Assembly (NCBI GenBank): GCA_964452565.1
Contig: CAYVLY010000001.1
Span: 515,053-579,052 of the forward strand
Direction: 5' to 3'
From: an uncultured Gammaproteobacteria bacterium
GTDB taxonomy: Bacteria > Patescibacteriota > Patescibacteriia > UBA9934
Length of the DNA stretch: 64,000 nucleotides
Below are positions 26,552 to 36,921 of this stretch, in pieces (position 1 is the first letter of the stretch; the number at the start of each line of letters is the position of its first letter). A program made the position numbers and the translations under genes. Under the pieces are notes generated by a model. That model made no database searches, had not been told where the DNA came from, and was given only the letters and a program-made list of their open reading frames with translations.

Positions 26552-26956
26552 ATGAAAGAAGTTTTGATTTTCTTTTTTATCTACGGACTGTTTGGCTGGA
26601 TCTTAGATACTAGCTATCGATCAATTCAAGCCAAGCGATTCAACCAAGGTAGCTTTTTAAACCTTCCCTTTTGCACAAGCTACGGGCTTGGTGGGTTGTT
26701 TTTGATCACGATTAGTGATTGGATAACTGAATTCGATCTCATTACACAGTTCGTTATTCTTGCGATCAGCCTGGCAGCACTCGAGTATGCGCTAGGATTC
26801 ATCTCGCATCTCACTTGGAAGAAGCGCTATTGGGATTATCGAAAAGCAAAATTCAACATCAAGGGCTACACAGACCTAGAGCATGCGATCTATTGGGGAC
26901 TCCTCGGTCTATTTTTTATACACATACTACATCCGTGGGTCTCATCATTTTTCTAA
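26552..26956 (+). CDS. Putative ABC transporter permease (DUF1113/CmpB-like membrane protein)
   Basis: FFIYGLFGW, PFC.SYGLG, LEY..G, WDY..FNIKG. Confidence 0.75.
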   Translation: MKEVLIFFFIYGLFGWILDTSYRSIQAKRFNQGSFLNLPFCTSYGLGGLFLITISDWITEFDLITQFVILAISLAALEYALGFISHLTWKKRYWDYRKAKFNIKGYTDLEHAIYWGLLGLFFIHILHPWVSSFF

Positions 26957-27065
26957 AAGCATCACGCCCGGACGAAGAACTCGTCCGAGCGTACGTTGTA
27001 TCAGTGACCTGCGATTCCGCCCACACTGCGGTTGGGCGTTCTCCAGCGAAGTCCCATGACTCCTC

Positions 27066-27848
27066 CTAAAGGAACGGGTGGATGATTGGAAGCGGACGCT
27101 CCCGACATAATTGATACATTCTATCTTTGCGCTCTGCCGGTGTTTCAGATTGCAGTAGGATCGATTCCAGCCGAACTTGCTCCAGGACGCGTCCTTCCAA
27201 GGCGTAAGCTGCTACCTGGCGTATTGCCGCCATGCGAAGACCATCTGTGAACTTGATTTCCCTAAACTGACGAAGGTGTGCCTCAATCTGCCTGATGAGA
27301 AGATGGTGCTGAGCTTGAGACTCTTCGACCCGCTGCTGGAAATCAACTGGTTGCTCGAGCTCTGCTTCTACTTCTGACCAGAGTGTCACTTTCCAACCTT
27401 CAGGCAGATCAGCCTCTTCGCACATACATTGGCAATAGTAGGTGAGTTCTGCCTGATCAACAGTCCAGCCCCAAGTACGGCGAGGTTCTAAATCGGGGAG
27501 GAAAATCTCAACCGACACCTCAGCCCCCACTCTCTGAAGGGCGTCCGATAACTCTTGAGCGCGACGAACTACTTTCCGATCCCGAAAGAAGTAGGTCTTC
27601 TTCAAATCCGGAATCAACTCTTCGCGACCCGTGTAAGTCCCAAGGCATGAAAATCCGATGAATTGAATCTTCTGCCCCTCCATGAGATCAAGCACCTGAA
27701 CAGGATCTACGATATTCATCGGATCGTGCTGTTCAAAGTGCTGAACAACCTGAAAGTACTTGATAGCATCGGGCAACGCCTTACGCCACGCAGATCGAAA
27801 TGCCTTTGCTGGTGTTTGAACAGTGCCATCCTGCAAAATTCGAGCCAT
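27066..27848 (-). CDS. Hypothetical protein, paralog of 27914-28783
   Basis: AGGAGG SD before MARIL; shared motif order with the neighbouring gene. Confidence 0.75.
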   Translation of the reverse strand: MARILQDGTVQTPAKAFRSAWRKALPDAIKYFQVVQHFEQHDPMNIVDPVQVLDLMEGQKIQFIGFSCLGTYTGREELIPDLKKTYFFRDRKVVRRAQELSDALQRVGAEVSVEIFLPDLEPRRTWGWTVDQAELTYYCQCMCEEADLPEGWKVTLWSEVEAELEQPVDFQQRVEESQAQHHLLIRQIEAHLRQFREIKFTDGLRMAAIRQVAAYALEGRVLEQVRLESILLQSETPAERKDRMYQLCRERPLPIIHPFL

Positions 27849-27913
27849 ACCCCACCTCCTGAATGCGTGGGGTTCTAGAATTAGAACCGCACACACCAAA
27901 AGGCGAACAATTA

Positions 27914-28783
27914 CTACTGATACCCTTCATTATCCACGCCACAAAAATATAAAACTGGAAAGTCCTCAGAATAACGCTCTTGAACTAGAGGTTGATACAT
28001 AGATGTTCGCAAATCGCTCGGCTTCTCGTTTTGTATCAACAAAGCGTTTGGCATAAACATGTAGATCCACAATGCCTGTACAGCATATTCGGAAAACTTA
28101 CGTCTGATCCAATCTTGTAACACCGCATCCTTTGGTCGCTTCAAGCCATCAAAGTACTTACCTGATGTAAACTGAGTTTTTAATTGCCGCAGCTCCCAAT
28201 CAAGATCTGATTTTCTAGTGTAATCTTGAATCTCGTCGAGAACCTCCTCATATTCAGATTCAAAACTCCTATTTTGCGTGCGCTCTATTTCCTTTTCAAA
28301 CTCATACCAACTTACAACCTCACAAACGCATTGAATATCACGCTTTTCGATCCATATCTCTAAAAACTTTCTATACAAATCCCAACGGTTCTGAAACTTT
28401 TTCCAAAGCATTTCCTTTTGTAGCTTCAAATCAGAAAATTGTCTTGTATATATGTAATATGGATCAGTATTTCCGATTAGAATGCGTAGCTTCGTCTTTG
28501 GATATACTTTTCCGATCTCCTGCATAATTGTGGCCACGCGATCGATATCATTCTCTAGATTATTCCCTTTTGGATCTAATGCAACATATTCCCAAGGAGC
28601 TTTACTAAACATCTTTTCTGCATTGATAGTCGAACAAGTGAAAGTGAGAAAGACCAGTTCATCACCTCTCTCAACAATTGATGCAATACGCTTACGCGAA
28701 AACTCATAGGATTCATTTTGAGATCCCTTTACATCGTACTTACAAATAATATTCATGATTCGATCCGTTGCGTTATCGCCCAT
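27914..28783 (-). CDS. Hypothetical protein (possible Rossmann/HUP-like enzyme)
   Basis: 289-aa ORF downstream of the TrpR-like gene. Confidence 0.75.
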   Translation of the reverse strand: MGDNATDRIMNIICKYDVKGSQNESYEFSRKRIASIVERGDELVFLTFTCSTINAEKMFSKAPWEYVALDPKGNNLENDIDRVATIMQEIGKVYPKTKLRILIGNTDPYYIYTRQFSDLKLQKEMLWKKFQNRWDLYRKFLEIWIEKRDIQCVCEVVSWYEFEKEIERTQNRSFESEYEEVLDEIQDYTRKSDLDWELRQLKTQFTSGKYFDGLKRPKDAVLQDWIRRKFSEYAVQALWIYMFMPNALLIQNEKPSDLRTSMYQPLVQERYSEDFPVLYFCGVDNEGYQ

Positions 28784-28846
28784 ATTTTATAGACTTAAGA
28801 CCCCTCTCTTCCGAGAAGGGGTCTGTTTGCTATTTTAAATCAAATA

Positions 28847-29161
28847 TCAAGCAGGACTCTTCTCAGAAGATGAATCTGCATGATGATGCACTCGGTCCAA
28901 AATTGTTTTGTATCCACTCATACCTTTATTTAGCCATTTTGCAATGCGAGCCACAGTTGTCGAACTCATTCCAGTTGTCTCTTGAACATCAACGTAGGAA
29001 GATCCTTGATGCAACATGCTTGCTGCTTTAAGTCTATTTGCGAACTCGATAATTTCTTGGTCGGTCAAAAGATCTCGAAAGAAATTTTGAGCTTCTTCAA
29101 CGTTTTGAAGCTGTAATATAGCCTCAAACAACTCTTTTGACTCTTTTGTTTTCCAATCCAT
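28847..29161 (-). CDS. TrpR-like repressor (YerC/YecD, HisR type)
   Basis: FFRDLLT.QEI....RL.AA.ML..G.SY......GMSSTTVARIAKWL..G..GY. Confidence 0.9.
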   Translation of the reverse strand: MDWKTKESKELFEAILQLQNVEEAQNFFRDLLTDQEIIEFANRLKAASMLHQGSSYVDVQETTGMSSTTVARIAKWLNKGMSGYKTILDRVHHHADSSSEKSPA

Positions 29162-29182
29162 AACAATACTATACTAACACAA

Positions 29183-29202
29183 TACTTTAGTCAAGTAAAG
29201 TG
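29183..29202. promoter_or_regulatory. HisR/YerC-type palindromic operator overlapping the -35 of the repressor gene
   Basis: TACTTTA-GTCAAG-TAAAGTG; minus-strand TTGACT lies in the spacer. Confidence 0.75.
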
Positions 29203-29257
29203 CCTCAGAAGCAAGAAACCCCGTCACACGGACGGGGTTAGGAGAATGTTGAGCAAA

Positions 29258-29701
29258 CTAGGCGGGTCGCGCCATTGGCAAGCGGATCACATCTACACCA
29301 TTTCGAATGGCTTTAGAAAACGCATCCTCGTCGGTCACAAGCGTGAACCCTAGCGTTCCGGCAATCTCGACATGCAGCTCACACGTCCCGCTACCGATCA
29401 GGACACCTGGAGTATGAATACCCCACCTATGTGCCAGTTTGATCATCAGGCTGAAGTCCTTGCCCAGAGCAGGGTCAGGACAAGCAACAATGAGATCAAA
29501 GGGTTCGCCTGCATCGCGTGCCTCCATCAGCATGTAGAGTGCGTTCATTGACGAGCGCGCAGTTTCACGCCTCTGCCACACTCTATCACTCTCCATCTCA
29601 CCTGGGCGGCACGTCAATCCCCTCCAGGAATGCTGCGCCTTCCATAAGCCAATGAAGAGCACTTTGAGCGTTGTGTTGATCGGGCGACTGGGTTTTTGCA
29701 T
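29258..29701 (-). CDS. Hypothetical protein, possibly a degenerate receiver-like domain
   Basis: AGGTGA SD; PFDLIV segment; no clear phosphoacceptor Asp. Confidence 0.55.
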   Translation of the reverse strand: MQKPSRPINTTLKVLFIGLWKAQHSWRGLTCRPGEMESDRVWQRRETARSSMNALYMLMEARDAGEPFDLIVACPDPALGKDFSLMIKLAHRWGIHTPGVLIGSGTCELHVEIAGTLGFTLVTDEDAFSKAIRNGVDVIRLPMARPA

Positions 29702-29733
29702 CTATCACCTCTTTTAATCTAGATTTTTGAAAA

Positions 29734-29878
29734 TGTCATCCTGAACGCAGTGAAGGATCTGTTAAATAGATTCTTCGCTACGCTCAGAATGACAAGCTCG
29801 CCGGCAACCCCCTCCGGACTTCGCTCCTGTCGGAGCTTCGACCGGCAGGCTATCTCCCCCTTCGGAAGGGGGAGGACT
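29734..29878. repeat. Cluster of REP-like palindromic repeats
   Basis: TGTCATCCTGAACGCAGTGAAGGATCT..AGATTCTTCGCTACGCTCAGAATGACA and CCCCCTTCGGAAGGGGG. Confidence 0.75.
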
Positions 29879-29884
29879 GAACTG

Positions 29885-30643
29885 TCAATCCAAGTGCCGC
29901 CACAAATGATCAAAGATCATTTTTTGTGTTTGTGCGATTGATGTGTCGTCAATAATAACTCCGAATAGCCTTTGTTTTTCATCAGCCGACACATACGCAG
30001 TCTTATCACCATAGATAAAGATATATGTTGGGGCGCTCTGCTTTTGCGTAAGCCACTTGCGCTCATCCAAACCAATAGTCTTACCTCCCTCCCCTAAGGC
30101 AATTGCTCGTACATTGATCTTGCGCTGCTTTCGCGTAGCATTGTAACGGGGCCAGGCCTGTGCGATAAGATCACGGATTCCAGAACTTGAATACACTCTG
30201 TAGATTTTTGTTTTTGTTCGCTCAGTTGTACAAAGAACGTCTTGCAGAATCTGCTTAACCCCACGCGGCCCCTCATAATATCGAACTGTTGGACGATATG
30301 ACATGGATCCAAAGATGTTTTGGAGCTCAGGGATCACACGCTCAATCCGCTCGCGAGCCTCACTTAGAGCAAGCTCTTTTCGAGAGGCTAATCGACGCAA
30401 TTGCTGTGGATCCTCGGCTGTAAAGTATCGATGCGACTGAGCGTCGACAAAACTTACCAGCTCTAGATCTATTAGCCTACGAAGTGTGTCATGTACAGTC
30501 GAGCGGCTAATCTTTGAAACCTCTGCCACTTGTCTAAGTGGCGCACTGCCAAGCTTAGCAAGGACAAGGTACACATCAAGATCCTTTTGTGAAAGCCCAA
30601 TTAGAGCTAACTCTGCATTTGTAATAATAGCTTTGTTCTTCAT
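29885..30643 (-). CDS. TrmB family transcriptional regulator
   Basis: GLS...DVYL.L, ISRSTVHD.L.RL...LV, VRYYEG..G, IYGDK. Confidence 0.88.
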   Translation of the reverse strand: MKNKAIITNAELALIGLSQKDLDVYLVLAKLGSAPLRQVAEVSKISRSTVHDTLRRLIDLELVSFVDAQSHRYFTAEDPQQLRRLASRKELALSEARERIERVIPELQNIFGSMSYRPTVRYYEGPRGVKQILQDVLCTTERTKTKIYRVYSSSGIRDLIAQAWPRYNATRKQRKINVRAIALGEGGKTIGLDERKWLTQKQSAPTYIFIYGDKTAYVSADEKQRLFGVIIDDTSIAQTQKMIFDHLWRHLD

Positions 30644-30733
30644 ATGTTAATCGGCAATGTTGTGAATAGCTTATTCATTGTACCAAAAACAGCCGTTATT
30701 ACTACGGCTGTTTTGTCCGGACTTGTCCGACAA

Positions 30734-31780
30734 TTATTTTGCTGAGCCTAGGATTCCATTCCGATAAAGCTCGATCACCACCATTACCGAAGCCAAAATG
30801 GTGGGTCCAATAATGAATCCAATCGGTCCCAACCACTGCAGCCCTCCAAGAATCGAGATCAAGATTAGTAATTGATTCATCCGAGTCTTTGCTCCAACAA
30901 TAAATGGTGAGATGAGATTATCAACCGTGCTCACTGCCACAACTGACCAGATCAACAGTCCAAGTGCTGCCCATGGCTGACCAACAATTAATAAATAGAT
31001 AATTGCTGGGACTAGAATAACAGCTGTTCCAACCATTGGGACCTGAGAAGCAATAACCACAAGCGACCCCCAAAGTATCGCACCTGGTACTCCAAAGATT
31101 GTCATCCCGATCGTAGCCAGCGTTGCCTGCACTACCGCAACAACTAATGCCCCAAAGACCACAGATCGAACTGTGTTTGAAATTCGTGCAACAATCTTTG
31201 CGTCCAAACTGTCCTTAAACGGACTTATATCAAGTGCCAACTTATAGATCTCTTCCCTATCATGCAAGAAATAGAAAAGCGCAATGAAAAAGATGAACGT
31301 ATTGATAATCAGCTTTGCTGTACTTGATAGAACTGCGCCAACATTCTCAGCTGCCCAGTTTGCAGCAGACTTTCCAAGCTCCACAAAATCAATTGATTGA
31401 ATCTCCTCTTGAATCGGCACAGGAAGAACCTGGAAAATCGCATCTGTTGACTGTTGCAATCCTTCCATCCACCCGTCATCTGCAATCGAAACCTCTACAA
31501 TCTCTGACGCCTGCTGAACCATCAATACTGAAATGCCAAATAAAGGCCCCACAACAATGACAAGCACGCCAAGTAGCATGATAAGTGCTGAGAGCTTTTT
31601 ACTACGAACCAACCTGCGTAACCGCGCTTCGATCGGCCCAAGAATAATCGCAAACACACCGGCGGTAACAAGCACCAACGCAAATGGTGCAATAACCTGC
31701 CAATAGAGATATAGGACGATCACACTCGCGACGATAAAAAACCATCGAATTTGTGATGCTGTAGGTTTTACTTTGGCCAT
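30734..31780 (-). CDS. AI-2E family transporter
   Basis: Multi-TM; DNLISP..VG, ISILGG..LGPIGFIIGP. Confidence 0.9.
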   Translation of the reverse strand: MAKVKPTASQIRWFFIVASVIVLYLYWQVIAPFALVLVTAGVFAIILGPIEARLRRLVRSKKLSALIMLLGVLVIVVGPLFGISVLMVQQASEIVEVSIADDGWMEGLQQSTDAIFQVLPVPIQEEIQSIDFVELGKSAANWAAENVGAVLSSTAKLIINTFIFFIALFYFLHDREEIYKLALDISPFKDSLDAKIVARISNTVRSVVFGALVVAVVQATLATIGMTIFGVPGAILWGSLVVIASQVPMVGTAVILVPAIIYLLIVGQPWAALGLLIWSVVAVSTVDNLISPFIVGAKTRMNQLLILISILGGLQWLGPIGFIIGPTILASVMVVIELYRNGILGSAK

Positions 31781-32021
31781 ATGCATTGATTATAGCGCAG
31801 AAAGCAGCATGCCGGCCATAGCTACGTAGTAGCGACGGCTGGAACGCAGAACACAGAACCCGGGATAACTTAACTGGGTTCTGAAGTCTGGCGTCTGGGT
31901 TCTGCCGCTCTTGACATTTCGCCAACATCTGCGTATTCTTTCAGTGTGGAGCCACTCCACACCCTCCCCCTCGATTTCTTCGAGGGATCCCCACCCTCAA
32001 CTCCATCCCCTGGAGGTTCAC

Positions 32022-32417
32022 ATGAGTCCCGCTGATACTTGCCCCACCACCATGCTTGAAGCCGCTCTTGTGAGCTTCATCATGTGCTTTGTCACACGAC
32101 CCCACTGCGTTCGTCTCGACGTCATAGAATGTGATGGCAACAACCTCCTGGTAGATCTGGTAGTTCATCCAGAGGATGTGGGTCGCGTGAAGGGTCGAGG
32201 GCAAGACCGCCTGAGGCTGATCCACAAGATAGCTGGCGAAATCGCTAAACGTCACAGGATGCGCCTGCGCAGCATAGAGATCATCGACGATGATATTGGG
32301 CCTGAACCCGAGGTGTGCTACGCGCAAATCACGCCGACCGTGGCCCAGGAAACGCCCCTGCCCCAAAAACGCGGGCGCGTGCGCCTCGTGCGCCCCGAGC
32401 AACCCGAGGCCGCCTGA
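32022..32417 (+). CDS. Divergent KH-domain protein (KhpA-like paralog)
   Basis: FVTRP..V..LVVHPEDVGRVKGRGQ; promoter TTGACA-17-TATTCT at 31911-31939; CCCCTGGAGG SD. Confidence 0.7.
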   Translation: MSPADTCPTTMLEAALVSFIMCFVTRPHCVRLDVIECDGNNLLVDLVVHPEDVGRVKGRGQDRLRLIHKIAGEIAKRHRMRLRSIEIIDDDIGPEPEVCYAQITPTVAQETPLPQKRGRVRLVRPEQPEAA

Positions 32418-32560
32418 CACAACCCATGCTTCAACCCTCGCCCTGCCGGCACTCCGGTGGGGCTTCGTGCATCTTACAGAACACAGACTACAGAACTCAG
32501 TCGAGCCTTTTCCTGCGTTCTGCTTTCTGCGTTCTGCTTTCTGCGCTATAATAAACCCAT

Positions 32561-33253
32561 ATGGAGGCACTTTCTTACTATGCAGTGATGTCACTTATCT
32601 TGGCACTCACCTGGATACTTATTTTTGTTACCAAGGAGAAACTTAGAACAGAGATGCTTTTGATCAGCATCTTCTCAATCTTCTTGCTGCCAATCTGGAT
32701 TGCAACCCAGGCAGTCGGCCAAGGAGCAGTGCAAGAGCTCTTCTCGTCACTCTCTTTCCTTGACTTAATCTTCCTGTTCTCAGTATCTGGAATAGCAGCA
32801 ACAATTTTCCATGTCTTTTTTGGAAAGCACTACGAAAACATGCCAAAGCCAAAGCGCAAAAAAGACCGTGACATAATTGCGCATATTTGGATCTTGGCAA
32901 TCTTCTTTGGACTGCTCCTATTTGTTTGGACAACTATACTACTTGCAGTTGTCTTCGGGCTCTCAACTCCAGTGGCCCTACTGATCGCCGCGATCATACT
33001 CACTGTTTATATTACAAGTCACAGACATGATCTACTAGGAGACGCTATTTGGAGTGCAATCTTTACAGCATTTATCGTATTTGTCGCATCAACTCTTGGA
33101 TCAGCATTCACTCAAACGACTCCGGCAATTCCCTTTATTCAAACAGGTGAGCTGATTCAAGGAGTTTCTGTTGATCTTATTTATTGGGCATTGGCACTTG
33201 GACTTGTACTTGGTCCGCTTTATGAATTTATCCGACGAAAGTTGTTAAAGTAA
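32561..33253 (+). CDS. Multi-pass membrane protein (lycopene cyclase-like repeat)
   Basis: About 7 TM segments. Confidence 0.65.
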   Translation: MEALSYYAVMSLILALTWILIFVTKEKLRTEMLLISIFSIFLLPIWIATQAVGQGAVQELFSSLSFLDLIFLFSVSGIAATIFHVFFGKHYENMPKPKRKKDRDIIAHIWILAIFFGLLLFVWTTILLAVVFGLSTPVALLIAAIILTVYITSHRHDLLGDAIWSAIFTAFIVFVASTLGSAFTQTTPAIPFIQTGELIQGVSVDLIYWALALGLVLGPLYEFIRRKLLK

Positions 33254-33254
33254 T

Positions 33255-33614
33255 ATGGAAGACCAGCTCTGGGAATCACAAGAGGGCCAGCTTGCAGTTG
33301 ACGTTATTGAAACGCCAACAGAGATTATAATTCGCTCAGCTATTGCAGGAGTAAAACCAGAGGACATCGATATACACGTTACAAACGATCTGGTGACCAT
33401 CAGAGGTGAACGAGAACGACGCACTGAACGGCACGATGCAACAACGCACTTTGAGGAATGCTTTTGGGGAAGTTTTTCTCGATCAATTGTACTTCCAGCA
33501 CATGTTCGACCAAATGAAGCAAACGCTCAAATGAAAAATGGGGTGCTTACATTGACCATTCCAAAAGCGCATGGTGAAATGCACGTACCAATCCGGGAGG
33601 ATCTATCCGATTGA
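33255..33614 (+). CDS. Hsp20/alpha-crystallin small heat shock protein
   Basis: VDV.ET, AGVKPEDIDI, FSRSI.LP, NGVLTLTIPK. Confidence 0.93.
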   Translation: MEDQLWESQEGQLAVDVIETPTEIIIRSAIAGVKPEDIDIHVTNDLVTIRGERERRTERHDATTHFEECFWGSFSRSIVLPAHVRPNEANAQMKNGVLTLTIPKAHGEMHVPIREDLSD

Positions 33615-33624
33615 AAAAACTTTT

Positions 33625-35589
33625 ATGGCCAACTTCATACAATCGGGCATACAAAGTGTCCGTAATTACAAAAAACCGATCTTAATAACGACCGGTGTTG
33701 TTTTATTTATAGCCATTGTGATCACTGGAAGTTCGTTTGCTTATGCCAAAGCTTATGAGGGTAGAATCCTACCAAATGTATTTATAGGAGTCGTTGATGT
33801 TGGAGAACTTACTCAAGCTGATGCAACTGAAGTACTTCAACAGCATATTGATGACATGCTCAATCAAGGAGTTGACGTTAAGGTAAATGGAAGTAATGGG
33901 CACCTCGATCTAAGATCCTTGATTATCGAAGAGCCGGATCTTGCGCATGATGTTATTTATTACAACACCGCTGATGCTATCGAATCTGCAATGACAGTAG
34001 GTAGAACAGAATCGTTCTGGTCTGACTTCATAGCGCCTGTTAGATTGCTTTTTGGTCCTGAGACATTATTACAGCAAGTGGTAGTCGATGAGGATGACAT
34101 TCGCGAACAACTTCAAGAACAATTTGGTGAACTTGAGGAAGGATCAAAGCCAGCAGATTATGCCATTGATCTTAACGATGAAGATGTGCCTGTACGATTC
34201 TTGCCAGGTCAAGATGGTATTGAAATAGATTATGATGCTGCAGTAGCTGATCTTTGGGACGATGCGAATGACCTTGACCTTAGTACACTTGAAATTGATC
34301 TACGTGATATTACATACGAGATGACCGCAGAAGATGCGCTTTCGATTTCTGACGAAGTAGTCGCTGCTGTAGAAGCTACCCCCTATTACCTCACCTACAC
34401 ATCTGAAACTCTGCGTGAGTACTGGTGGACAATTGATGACGACGATGTTTCCGATTGGATCGAACCGGCTTATTCCGAGGAAGATGGCGTTGTTCTCACC
34501 TTTGCAGGAGATTCGTATGAGGAATTTGTTGAAGCCGTCGCAAATGATGTGAATATTGATCCAGTTAATGCGCGTTTTGTGATGGAGAATGGATTAGTTA
34601 CTGAGTTTGCGGGAAGCCAAGATGGAATCGAATTTGACTCAGAGACTACAATGCAGGAGCTTCTCGAATCATTAGGCGACGAGGATATTATTATTAATAT
34701 CACTGTTGCTAGCACGCCACCAGAGGTATCAACAAATGATGTAAATGACTTTGGAATCTCTGAAGTAATTGGAGTTGGAACGTCCGACTTTTCTGGCTCA
34801 CCATCAAATCGTATTTCAAATATTCAACATGGAGCTTCAAAACTCAACGGACTCTTAATTGCGCCTGGTGAAACAGTATCTCTCATAGAACAACTCGGAC
34901 CGTTTACAGTTGCTGACGGATACTTGGCCGAGCTTGTGATAAAAGGCGATGAGATCATACCAGAAGTTGGTGGTGGGCTTTGCCAGATTGGAACAACAAC
35001 ATTCCGTGCTGTGATGAACGCCGGACTTGAGGTTACAGAGCGTAGCAATCATTCTCTTGTTGTCTCATACTATAACGATCCTTCAAATGGAAATCCTGGA
35101 ACAGACGCAACCATCTATGATCCGTACCCAGATTTCAAATTCACCAACGATTATGAAAACTACATTCTCCTACAAACCGAGGTTGATGTTGCTAACCGCG
35201 ATGTAATCTTTACCTTCTGGGGAACAAATGATGGACGTGACGGATATTACTCAGCCCCGGTCATTCTCTCATGGACTGGATACGGAGAAACTCAATATAC
35301 TGAAACTCTTGACCTTGAACCTGGTGTCGAATCGTGCCAATCTCCACACCCAGGAGCCACAGCACAGTTCACATACTATGTTGATTATGCAGATCGAACA
35401 CAGTTTAGCGAAACCTACACCTCAGTTTACCGATCCCTGCCAATGATCTGCCTGGTCGGAGTCGAGGAGCTCACTCCAGAGTGTGAAGAGGGTGAGGAAT
35501 GTGAATCCTCAGACGAATCAGATGAATCCAGCATAGAAGATGAAGATACCGAATCTGAACTAGAGGAGGAAGCCTCTGGGGAAGAATAA
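33625..35589 (+). CDS. VanW family protein with PG-binding_4 domains
   Basis: NR..NI, GGGLCQ..TT.F, ER.NHS, PGTDATI, DFKF.ND; N-terminal TM. Confidence 0.9.
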   Translation: MANFIQSGIQSVRNYKKPILITTGVVLFIAIVITGSSFAYAKAYEGRILPNVFIGVVDVGELTQADATEVLQQHIDDMLNQGVDVKVNGSNGHLDLRSLIIEEPDLAHDVIYYNTADAIESAMTVGRTESFWSDFIAPVRLLFGPETLLQQVVVDEDDIREQLQEQFGELEEGSKPADYAIDLNDEDVPVRFLPGQDGIEIDYDAAVADLWDDANDLDLSTLEIDLRDITYEMTAEDALSISDEVVAAVEATPYYLTYTSETLREYWWTIDDDDVSDWIEPAYSEEDGVVLTFAGDSYEEFVEAVANDVNIDPVNARFVMENGLVTEFAGSQDGIEFDSETTMQELLESLGDEDIIINITVASTPPEVSTNDVNDFGISEVIGVGTSDFSGSPSNRISNIQHGASKLNGLLIAPGETVSLIEQLGPFTVADGYLAELVIKGDEIIPEVGGGLCQIGTTTFRAVMNAGLEVTERSNHSLVVSYYNDPSNGNPGTDATIYDPYPDFKFTNDYENYILLQTEVDVANRDVIFTFWGTNDGRDGYYSAPVILSWTGYGETQYTETLDLEPGVESCQSPHPGATAQFTYYVDYADRTQFSETYTSVYRSLPMICLVGVEELTPECEEGEECESSDESDESSIEDEDTESELEEEASGEE

Positions 35590-35646
35590 TTATGATAAAG
35601 AAAGATTGATTTGCTATAATGGAATCAATCTTTTTTATTTTATTCT

Positions 35647-36666
35647 ATGGCTTACTTGATCACTTTTGTACTACTCTGCTTCTCAGCACTCTTTTCCGGG
35701 CTAACACTTGGACTCATGGGGCTTGATGCCCACGAATTAAAGCGCAAGGTAGACCTAAAAGATAAATACGCAAAGAAGATCTATCCAATCCGCAAGCGTG
35801 GGAATCTACTTCTAACAACACTGCTTTTGGGAAACGTTGCAGTAAATGCAGCACTGGCGATCTTTCTAGGATCAATTGCTGCAGGATTTGTTGCTGGAAT
35901 CATATCAACAGCACTGATCTTTGTATTTGGAGAGATTGTTCCGCAGGCTGTTATCTCTCGCTACGCCATGGCATTTGGCGCAAAGACCGCATGGATCGTT
36001 CGTATACTTATTATCATCCTTCTGCCGCTTACCTACCCAATCGCATGGATCCTAGATAAAGCTTTGGGTGATGAAATGCCAAGTATTTACTCGCGTGGCG
36101 AGCTTCTAAAAGTTATCGAAGAACATGGTAGCTCAACACAAAGCGATCTAGATACTGATGAAGAACGCATCACGCGTGGTGCTCTTACATTCTCAGATAA
36201 AACCGCAGCAGATGTTATGACACCTAACACAGTAGCTAAAATACTTGATACAAAAACAAAACTAACACTACCCCTTATCAAGAAGCTCAGGGACTCGGGC
36301 TTCTCACGATTTCCTGTATATCACAAAAAGCAGGATAACATTGTTGGAATCCTGTATCTACATGACCTTGTTGGTATAGACATAAAGGGTAAGTTAGTAG
36401 AAAGGTTCATGCAAAAACCAATAATAGAGGTTTTAACCAATACCCCGCTTGATGATGTCTTGAATACCTTCATTAAGAAACACAGACACTTATTTATTGT
36501 CAGAGATGAGTTTGGAGGCTTTGAAGGTGTTATATCCGTAGAGGACATCCTGGAGGAAATAATTGGAACAGAAATCATCGATGAGTTTGATAAGGTTGCA
36601 GACCTACGAGCAAAGGCAAGAAAAAAAGCTTCTAATAAGAAATCAACAAAACGCAAGAAGAAATGA
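35647..36666 (+). CDS. CNNM (DUF21)/CBS domain protein
   Basis: SALFSGLTLG, LLLGNVAVN, FGEIVPQ, FSRFPVY, EDILEEIIG.EI.DE. Confidence 0.92.
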   Translation: MAYLITFVLLCFSALFSGLTLGLMGLDAHELKRKVDLKDKYAKKIYPIRKRGNLLLTTLLLGNVAVNAALAIFLGSIAAGFVAGIISTALIFVFGEIVPQAVISRYAMAFGAKTAWIVRILIIILLPLTYPIAWILDKALGDEMPSIYSRGELLKVIEEHGSSTQSDLDTDEERITRGALTFSDKTAADVMTPNTVAKILDTKTKLTLPLIKKLRDSGFSRFPVYHKKQDNIVGILYLHDLVGIDIKGKLVERFMQKPIIEVLTNTPLDDVLNTFIKKHRHLFIVRDEFGGFEGVISVEDILEEIIGTEIIDEFDKVADLRAKARKKASNKKSTKRKKK

Positions 36667-36789
36667 CGGTCGCGAATAGCCATATTCCACAATCCGTCAT
36701 CCCGAGCGACCGAGCGTTTATGCGACCTGCCTGCCGGCAGGCAGGGGAGCCGAGGGATACCAAAAGCACTCCAAATGGGGTGCTTTTAA

Positions 36790-36921
36790 AAAACAAAAAC
36801 CCCCTTTAAGCTGCAGCCAAGAAGATATATATCCTGTATGGGATCAGCCGGAGCCAAAGTCATACAGGTCATATACCCCCATGCTTGTCGTGGCTGCAGG
36901 TCAAAAGGGGTGTCACCATGA
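36790..36921 (-). ncRNA. Candidate structured small RNA (6S-like)
   Basis: Minus-strand promoter TTGACA-17-TATTAT (36956-36928), rod-like hairpin with an asymmetric central loop, U-run end, no ORF. Confidence 0.5.
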
